Shown here in pieces: positions 41,172 to 47,553 of a DNA stretch of 47,553 bases. The position numbers and the translations under genes are program-made. The stretch lies in NCBI GenBank assembly GCA_016282555.1, contig JAEEKU010000101.1, positions 1 through 47,553 on the forward strand, read 5' to 3'. The first letter of the stretch is position 1, and each line of letters opens with the position of its first letter. Origin of the DNA: Methanomassiliicoccaceae archaeon (GTDB lineage: Archaea; Thermoplasmatota; Thermoplasmata; Methanomassiliicoccales; Methanomethylophilaceae). Below the pieces are notes generated by a model, which worked only from the letters and a program-made list of their open reading frames with translations, was not told the origin of the DNA and ran no database searches.

Positions 41172-41954
41172 TTAAAGCGCCCCTGCGGATTCCGCCGCTT
41201 CCACGCAGGAACAGCAGCGTCCCTTTCCGATTTCGGGCAATCCGGTCTCCAGAAGCCTCAGGACGTTGCCGAGGCATTCGGACATCGTCCTTTTCACCAT
41301 CTCTATATCCACAGCCTCCTCTTTCCAGACGTCGTAGTCGGTGACGGTGGCTAGGCTGCAGTAGCACATGCCGAGTTCTCTGGCGAGCTGGCATTCCGGA
41401 ACCACGGTCATCCCTATGATGTCGGCGAAGTTCCTGAACATGAAGCTCTCCGCTTTGGTCGAGAACCTGGGGCCCTCGATGCACATGTATCTTCCGCCCT
41501 TGTGGTATTTCAGAGACAGCTTTTCCGCGGCCCCGGAGAAAATATCGTTGAGATAGGGACAGAAGGGCTCCGGGATCGAGATGTGGACGATCTTGTCATC
41601 GAAATAGGTGTACTCCCTCTTCTTGGTGAAATCGATGAACTGATCGGCGATAACCAGATCCCCGGGGGCGAACTCCTCCTGAAGGGATCCTACGGCGCAT
41701 GCGGATATCACGTACTTGCACCCGAGCTGCTTCAGCGCGTACATGTTCGCTCTGTACGGAACTGAGCTCGGCGGATAGCTCCCCTTGTCTTTCCCGTGGC
41801 GGAACAGGAACGCCACTTCGGTTCCCGAGATTTTGCCTGTGAGTATGGTCGAAGAGGGTTTTCCGTACGGAGTATCGGGATATGCCCTGTCTGTGATTTC
41901 GAAAGTATCGGGATTGTATATGCCCGTTCCTCCGATGATGGCGATTTCCGGCAT
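41172..41954 (-). CDS. mtnP: 5'-methylthioadenosine phosphorylase
   Basis: IIGGTG, TPYG, RHG, YRAN, EGPRFSTKAES, GMT, VTDYD. Confidence 0.9.
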   Translation of the reverse strand: MPEIAIIGGTGIYNPDTFEITDRAYPDTPYGKPSSTILTGKISGTEVAFLFRHGKDKGSYPPSSVPYRANMYALKQLGCKYVISACAVGSLQEEFAPGDLVIADQFIDFTKKREYTYFDDKIVHISIPEPFCPYLNDIFSGAAEKLSLKYHKGGRYMCIEGPRFSTKAESFMFRNFADIIGMTVVPECQLARELGMCYCSLATVTDYDVWKEEAVDIEMVKRTMSECLGNVLRLLETGLPEIGKGRCCSCVEAAESAGAL

Positions 41955-41981
41955 GAACCGTCAACCGTATCGGGGTATATC

Positions 41982-42389
41982 TTATGTTTCCCCGCGTTCC
42001 AGCATCTCGTCCAGCTCTCTTACGAACTTGTGGAACCCTTCGGGAAAATTCTGAGAACCCTGCGCTTCGATCGTCCTTTCGCCGAGGGATGCCTCGAAAC
42101 TGAATCTGTATCCGTCCATAATGTCCGGCGGATGCTCCCCGCGGAATCCGTCCCAGCCGGGCACCCCGCAGCCGTTCATCAGATCCGTAATAATCATGGG
42201 ATCCAGCGTGACTTTTCCGTGCAGAATGCGGTCGGTGTATCCGGGATCCGCCGTGTAATAGCGGGACAGTTCCGCCTCCTCCCCGCTGTTGATTATCTCG
42301 TATTCGTCCACTCCGTGCATTCCGGTGATGACGAGCGTAACTTTTACGAAAGAGCCGATATTCTCCGCTTTCTTCCTGAATAAAGACAA
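41982..42389 (-). CDS. Hypothetical protein
   Basis: TTG start after GGTG; coherent codon usage; WDGF...DGYRFSF...GSQNFP motif. Confidence 0.6.
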   Translation of the reverse strand: MSLFRKKAENIGSFVKVTLVITGMHGVDEYEIINSGEEAELSRYYTADPGYTDRILHGKVTLDPMIITDLMNGCGVPGWDGFRGEHPPDIMDGYRFSFEASLGERTIEAQGSQNFPEGFHKFVRELDEMLERGET

Positions 42390-42505
42390 AAAAACACCCC
42401 GCAAAGAGATGGGAAACGCCGTATATAGCATTAGCTTCGCGGAAAACCGGTCAGGGAACGGTTTCCGCGGGATACCGATATATCCACGTAATGCATCTCC
42501 GGGTC

Positions 42506-42889
42506 ATGAACTGTCCCAGATGCGGGCTCGAGGTCCCGGAGAATGCCGAAATCTGCTACAAGTGCGGCAACAAACTGTCGGCGCCGGCAGAGAAATCGTA
42601 TCTCGAGCGCAAGCTCCTCGAAGACAGTTACGACAAAAAGAGCGAGGCCGCGGCCGTCATCCTCTCGCTTCTGGCTCCCGGACTCGGAGAGATATACGTG
42701 TGCAAAGAGACCAGAGGTTTCATCATTCTCGCCGTCGCGACGCTCTGCATCATTCTGGGGATACAGTACGGGTTTCCGTACATCACGTATCTGATACTCT
42801 GCGTCCTGAGCGCCTACGATTCGTCCAAGCTCGCGAGGATCTACAACAACTACGTTTCTGAGCACAACGGGGAGAAACCCTGGAATTAA
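42506..42889 (+). CDS. Zinc-ribbon plus TM2-like membrane protein
   Basis: CPRCG...CYKCG, KSEAAAVILSLLAPGLGEIY. Confidence 0.75.
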   Translation: MNCPRCGLEVPENAEICYKCGNKLSAPAEKSYLERKLLEDSYDKKSEAAAVILSLLAPGLGEIYVCKETRGFIILAVATLCIILGIQYGFPYITYLILCVLSAYDSSKLARIYNNYVSEHNGEKPWN

Positions 42890-44268
42890 GCCCTGTCTTT
42901 TTTGAGGCACAGCCCCAGGACCAGCGCGATCACGGACAATACCGTCCCGATGCACATCGCGAACCAGAAACCGTCTGCGAACACCTCCGGAGGAATGGCG
43001 TCAGTCATCGTTCCCGGAACTCCGGATCCAATCGCGAACAGCCCGGAATACAGAGCGGATCCCAGAGCGGATCCGAAATAGATGATGAAAGATACCATAG
43101 GGGACACGGCGCTTCTTTTGTCCTCGTCGACGCTGTCCACCACCGCGTTTCCGAAGGATCCGCCTCCGAATCCCCACGTAAGCCCGACCCCGGCCAGAGA
43201 TATAATCAGAGCGGCGGCTCCGGGTTCCGGAGAGGTTATCAGCACCGCGGAAGCGGCCAGCATGCTGATCAGCGCCAGGATTATGTATCTCCTGTTTCCG
43301 TCCGCCGCAACGCGCCTGCTCACGGGAATGCACACTACCAGCGTGATCACCGCCTGGATGCACATGAACAGCCCGCACGTCACCGCGCCGTATCCGGAAA
43401 CCGCCACCATGTAGAACGGAAGCAGATAGATTATGCCCATGCAGCACGCGTTGACCAGAAGGAATATCGTTATGGAGATCACGGTGGCCGGCCTTCTGAA
43501 CACCGAAAGGAACAGAACCGGATCCGCCGCCCGCTTCTCTATTATCACAAACACCGTTATTCCCGAAACGAACACGATCAGGGCGGCGGCGGATATCCAG
43601 TTCAGCCCGTGTGACGGCACCGATTCTATCGCGTAAAGACCGGAAAACATGGATATGAACAGCAAAACCGCTCCCGCGATGTCGAAACGGGATTTTCCGG
43701 AGGGATGATCCGCGGGAACGTATCTCATGGTAAGCAGCGTTCCGAATATCCCTATCGGAATGTTGATGAAGAATATCCATTCCCAGTTGAAATTCTCCAT
43801 GAGAACGCCTCCGACCACCGGCCCGCAAGCTCCTCCCGCGGAATAACCCAGCACCCCCGCGGCGAGACCGACGGGAGTGAGGCTGCGCGGAAGGTATTTG
43901 ACGGCTATGAGAACGCCGGAGGAAGTCAGCATTCCCCCTCCGATCCCCTGGACTCCTCTGAAAACCAGCATGGTGCCGAAATCCTGGGCCAGGCCGCAGA
44001 ACAGCGAACCCGCCGTGAATATGATGAAACCGGCGGCGAGAACCTTCTTCAGGGCGCCCCTGTCGCATACCTTCCCTATGATGAGGATAAGGCTGGCCAT
44101 CATCAGGAAGTACACGGTGATGATCCAGGACGAATCGGCCGCGGAGATGCCCAGCGCCTCCGCTATGCCCGGCAGCGCCACGGTCACTATGGTGCCGTCG
44201 AGGCCGTCGACCACGGCGGACAGCACTATCACCGCCAGCAGCGGAATGAAAGACTTCCCGGTACTCAT
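42886..44268 (-). CDS. MFS transporter (DHA2-like, 14 TM)
   Basis: DGTIVTVALP, FRGVQGIGG, GPVVGG, WEWIFFINIPIG. Confidence 0.88.
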   Translation of the reverse strand: MSTGKSFIPLLAVIVLSAVVDGLDGTIVTVALPGIAEALGISAADSSWIITVYFLMMASLILIIGKVCDRGALKKVLAAGFIIFTAGSLFCGLAQDFGTMLVFRGVQGIGGGMLTSSGVLIAVKYLPRSLTPVGLAAGVLGYSAGGACGPVVGGVLMENFNWEWIFFINIPIGIFGTLLTMRYVPADHPSGKSRFDIAGAVLLFISMFSGLYAIESVPSHGLNWISAAALIVFVSGITVFVIIEKRAADPVLFLSVFRRPATVISITIFLLVNACCMGIIYLLPFYMVAVSGYGAVTCGLFMCIQAVITLVVCIPVSRRVAADGNRRYIILALISMLAASAVLITSPEPGAAALIISLAGVGLTWGFGGGSFGNAVVDSVDEDKRSAVSPMVSFIIYFGSALGSALYSGLFAIGSGVPGTMTDAIPPEVFADGFWFAMCIGTVLSVIALVLGLCLKKDRA

Positions 44269-44311
44269 CCCGGGGCGGTAGGAAAAGAATCTATAAAACG
44301 GTAACAGAGGG

Positions 44312-44965
44312 TTACCGGCGGATGCGCCTGATCGCTTCGAACGGAGTAACGTTTATCGCCCTCTCCGTCTCGTCATCGGTCATTCCCGCGCCCTTCGCGA
44401 CCACCCTGGCGGCGGCCTCGTCCATAAGGTTCTCCGGAGCGTGGGCGTCCGAATCGATCACCATCGCGGCTCCCGCCTTCCTGGCGACGGAAACGACATG
44501 GCCGTTGGTGATGTTATGCCCCATTCTTCCGGTTATTTCGATAAGAACGCCGTTGTCCGCGGCGATCTGCGCCTCTTCGTCTGTGATAAACCCGGGATGG
44601 GCGAGTACGTCTATCTCCGGATTCTCCGCGGAGAACCTGTTGGTTCCCGGCTATACCGGCTCGGTCACGGTTTCGCCGTGAACCACGATCCACTCCGCCC
44701 CGTACTTTCTGGCCTGCTCCGCCACCCTGGCTATTTTGCAGGGCGGAACATGGGTTATCTCCACTCCCGGGATCACCCTGATGTAGTCTTCGCACAAATC
44801 GGCGGCTTTGACTACGTTGGTGACCACCCACTCCACGTTCGACATATCGACGTGATCCGTGATGGCGATGGCGTCGTGTCCGAGAACCATCGCCCTCCTG
44901 ACCAGTTCGGCGGGGATCAGCTCCCCGTCGCTGTAGATCGAGTGGGTGTGGAGATCGGCCCTCAT
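44312..44965 (-). CDS. PHP-domain phosphatase (putative histidinol-phosphatase), 217 aa with in-frame TAG at codon 105
   Basis: DLHTHS..SDG, ITDH, GVEITH, VHGETVTEPV[TAG]PGTN, LAHPG, DSDAH. The ORF-track pieces 44651-44965 and 44312-44524 share one frame. Confidence 0.85.
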
Positions 44966-45561
44966 CTGGCCCTCTCCGACAGCTTCTGATAGACCTTTTC
45001 CATGGAAAGGCCGCTTTTCTCGATGGCGACCATCGAATGGTAAATGAGATCGGCCAGCTCCCAGGCCATCTCGTCCTCGCTGCGATCCTTTATGGCGAGA
45101 GCGAATTCCCCGGCTTCCTCAATGACCTTCTTGCACATGCGCGTCTCGTCGTCGAAAAGCTTGCACGTGTAGCTTCCCTCCACCGGATTCTCGCGCCTGT
45201 CTCTGATCACGCGCCTCAGCTCGGGAATGATAGCCATGGTGGATCCCGGATCTCCGTACACGGTCTCGCTGAAACAGGTGGGAGTGCCGGTGTGGCACGC
45301 GGCGCCCGTCTGCTCGACCCTCGCCAGCAGAGTGTCGCCGTCGCAGTCGATCTGCATGGAGACGATCTTCTGTACGTGCCCGGACTCCTCGCCCTTCCTC
45401 CACAGCTTCTGCCTGCTGCGGGACCAGAAGTGGGTGTATCCGGTTTTTTTCATCAGTTCGACCGCTTCTTCGTTGGCCCAGGCGACCATGAGGACTTCGT
45501 TCGTAACGCAGTCCTGGACGACGACCGTGACCAGTCCTTTCTCATCGTATTTTATATTCAT
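44962..45561 (-). CDS. hisIE: Bifunctional phosphoribosyl-AMP cyclohydrolase / phosphoribosyl-ATP pyrophosphatase
   Basis: [32 protein letters not shown]; [21 protein letters not shown]. Confidence 0.92.
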   Translation of the reverse strand: MNIKYDEKGLVTVVVQDCVTNEVLMVAWANEEAVELMKKTGYTHFWSRSRQKLWRKGEESGHVQKIVSMQIDCDGDTLLARVEQTGAACHTGTPTCFSETVYGDPGSTMAIIPELRRVIRDRRENPVEGSYTCKLFDDETRMCKKVIEEAGEFALAIKDRSEDEMAWELADLIYHSMVAIEKSGLSMEKVYQKLSERAR

Positions 45562-46310
45562 CTTACCGCTATTCCCATGTCTCTGAGATAGTCTTTCACT
45601 TCTCCGACAGTATATCTGTTGTAATGGAATATTGAGGCCGCGAGCGCCGCCGACGCCCCGGTTTTCATGAAAACTTCAGCTATATGTTCTTTCGTTCCGC
45701 ATCCCCCGGAGGCGATCACCGGAATGTCCACGGCGTCGGTTATAGCTGCGGTCAGAGGTATGTCGTATCCGTTCCTCACGCCGTCGGCATCCATGGAGGT
45801 CAGGAGAATCTCTCCCGCGCCGAGATCCTGGACTCTCTGCGCCCACTCGACGGCGTCCAGGCCGGTCGGTCTGGTTCCTCCGTGGGTGTAAACCTCCCAG
45901 CGGTCTCCGTTTCTTTTGGCGTCTATGGCGACGATGACGCACTGGCAGCCGAAAGAGTCCGAGCATTCCGATATTATATCCGGATCCTTCACCGCCGAGG
46001 AGTTGACCGAAACCTTGTCCGCCCCGGCGTTCAGAGCCTCTCTCATATCCGCGGCGTTCTTTATTCCCCCGCCGACGGCCAGCGGGACGGTGAGATTTCT
46101 GGCGGTTTCGGAGACGACCTCGAGCATCGTCCTTCTCGCCTCGAGGGAAGCGGAGATATCCAGAAACGTGATCTCGTCCGCGCCCTGCTTTTCGTAGAGA
46201 GACGCCAGCTCCACCGGGTCCCCCACGTCTTTGAGCCCTTTGAAATTGATTCCTTTGACTACCCTTCCGCCTTTCATATCCAGGCAGGGTATTATTCTCT
46301 TCGCGAGCAT
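45558..46310 (-). CDS. hisF: Imidazole glycerol phosphate synthase, cyclase subunit
   Basis: [43 protein letters not shown]. Confidence 0.95.
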   Translation of the reverse strand: MLAKRIIPCLDMKGGRVVKGINFKGLKDVGDPVELASLYEKQGADEITFLDISASLEARRTMLEVVSETARNLTVPLAVGGGIKNAADMREALNAGADKVSVNSSAVKDPDIISECSDSFGCQCVIVAIDAKRNGDRWEVYTHGGTRPTGLDAVEWAQRVQDLGAGEILLTSMDADGVRNGYDIPLTAAITDAVDIPVIASGGCGTKEHIAEVFMKTGASAALAASIFHYNRYTVGEVKDYLRDMGIAVR

Positions 46311-46867
46311 CGGTTTCCCCCCTTTATGACGACCGAGTCTTTGGTGCTGAGCTCGGTCTCTCTGACCTTAACGGCTTCGCGGAGCGCTTTCCCCAGAGCT
46401 TTAAATCCCGCTTCGATTATGTGGTGCTCGTCGAATCCTCTCATGACGACTATATGCAGAGTCATTCCGGCGGACATGGCGAAACTTCTCATGAAATGAT
46501 GATACTCGGGGGAGGGGCAGTCTATATCCGCATACGGCCTGTCCACAAGATCCAGCGAGGCCGTCACCAGAGCGTCGTCCATGGGCACGGTGGAAGTGGC
46601 CATCCTCTCGATCGGCCTCCCGTCCAGAGCTCCGGACAAAGCCTTTCCCAGAGTTATCGCGGTATCCTCTATGATGTGGTGCTCGTTATCGCCGAAAGCG
46701 GTAACTTTCAGATCGAAGGACGAATACCTGGCCAGAGTCTCGACCATATGCTTCAGAAACTGGATGTTGCTCTCGACTTCGAACCTGCCCGAACCGTCCA
46801 GATCCATCTCGGCGGTTATCCGGGTTTCCCGGGTGCTGCGATCGACTTTTGCCGTTCTTCCGGTCAT
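46310..46867 (-). CDS. hisB: Imidazoleglycerol-phosphate dehydratase (185 aa, ends at CGA overlapping the hisF ATG)
   Basis: [36 protein letters not shown]; CGA at 46312-46310 forms CGATG. Confidence 0.92.
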
Positions 46868-46953
46868 GTTACCGCCGTATGCAACGGTCGGTAATAAATA
46901 AACGTACTGAAACCCCGCTAGATATAAAGCGGACCTGGTTCTACACGTCATAT

Positions 46954-47553
46954 ATGCTGGGAAAAACCGGTAAAAGCTTCATCCGCTCGGTTCTCGCGGG
47001 AATGTGCATCGGGATCGGATGCTGCGTCTACATCGGATGCGAAGTCAAGTGGGTGGGAGCGGTTCTTTTCGCCATAGGCCTGTTCACGATACTCACCTAC
47101 GGCCTGGATCTCTACACGGGCAAAGTGGGGTACATCGCGGAAGACGTATCCCTGTGGAAGACTATGCCGGTTATCATCATAGGCAATTTCGTCGGAACCC
47201 TTATTCTGGGAATAATGATGCCTCTCGACGGCGCGGCCGCCATAGCCTCCAATAAACTGAACCTGGAGTATTATTCCGTGTTCTTCAGGGGAATCCTATG
47301 CGGAATCCTGATGTTCATCGCGGCGGATACCTTCAGGACGGGAAAGGGACCGCTGGCGACCTTCGTCTGCGTGCCGGTGTTCATCCTCGCGGGATTCGAG
47401 CACAGCATCGCCGACATGTTCTACTTCTGCTCCGGGGGAATAATTAACTTCGAAGCTCTGATCTTCATTCTCATCGTCATAGCGGGAAACGCGGCCGGGG
47501 GAATGCTCATACCCTTCTGCAGGAAATACATGTACGAGGAGAAGAAAAAAGAA
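46954..47553 (+). CDS. Formate/nitrite transporter (FNT) family protein (3' end at or beyond the window edge)
   Basis: My translation: LAGMCIGIG, LYTGK, GNFVG, GILCGILM, FILAGFEHSIADM, GNAAGG. Confidence 0.85.
   Translation, partial: MLGKTGKSFIRSVLAGMCIGIGCCVYIGCEVKWVGAVLFAIGLFTILTYGLDLYTGKVGYIAEDVSLWKTMPVIIIGNFVGTLILGIMMPLDGAAAIASNKLNLEYYSVFFRGILCGILMFIAADTFRTGKGPLATFVCVPVFILAGFEHSIADMFYFCSGGIINFEALIFILIVIAGNAAGGMLIPFCRKYMYEEKKKE

Noticed and set aside
33327-44317. CGG as an additional stop (seen near the ends of the PHP and zinc-ribbon genes)
   Set aside because: CGG occurs internally in conserved regions of ABC-F, hisA, hisB, ubiE and YigZ.
7381-46867. Random T-to-C sequencing errors as the source of the terminal CGAs
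   Set aside because: Errors would not hit 12 stop codons while leaving conserved motifs intact, and would not explain the absence of internal CGA. Read-level confirmation is still advisable.
1-47553. CRISPR arrays, rRNA/tRNA genes, transposases, integrases, pyl genes
   Set aside because: None recognised by eye; the only substantial repeats are protein-domain repeats.

Overview
A GC-rich archaeal chromosomal segment, most consistent with a Methanomassiliicoccales (Methanomethylophilaceae-like) methanogen. This taxonomic call is inferred from gene content and style; no marker gene is present. It holds about 42 genes: three large surface/adhesin proteins (two with Big_2 repeats), glycosylation genes, divergent HemC/HemD-like genes, ABC-F, YigZ, PutP, MMPL, two histidine clusters (hisG-C-H-A and hisB-F-IE-PHP), tandem multi-zinc-ribbon proteins, menA/ubiE, an M18 aminopeptidase, MTAP, and MFS and FNT transporters. 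The main result is that the window appears to use a non-standard genetic code. (1) CGA behaves as a stop codon. Reading the Arg codons by hand, I found no internal CGA in any gene, while 12 of 40 complete genes have their first in-frame CGA at the expected C-terminus. These include convergent genes that abut exactly at CGA|TCG and a CGATG stop/start overlap (hisB/hisF). (2) TAG behaves as a sense codon. It lies in frame inside YigZ and the his-cluster PHP phosphatase, and no gene ends in TAG, consistent with pyrrolysine decoding. Manual stop tally for the 40 complete genes: 19 TGA, 12 CGA, 9 TAA, 0 TAG. CDS coordinates below use this inferred code.
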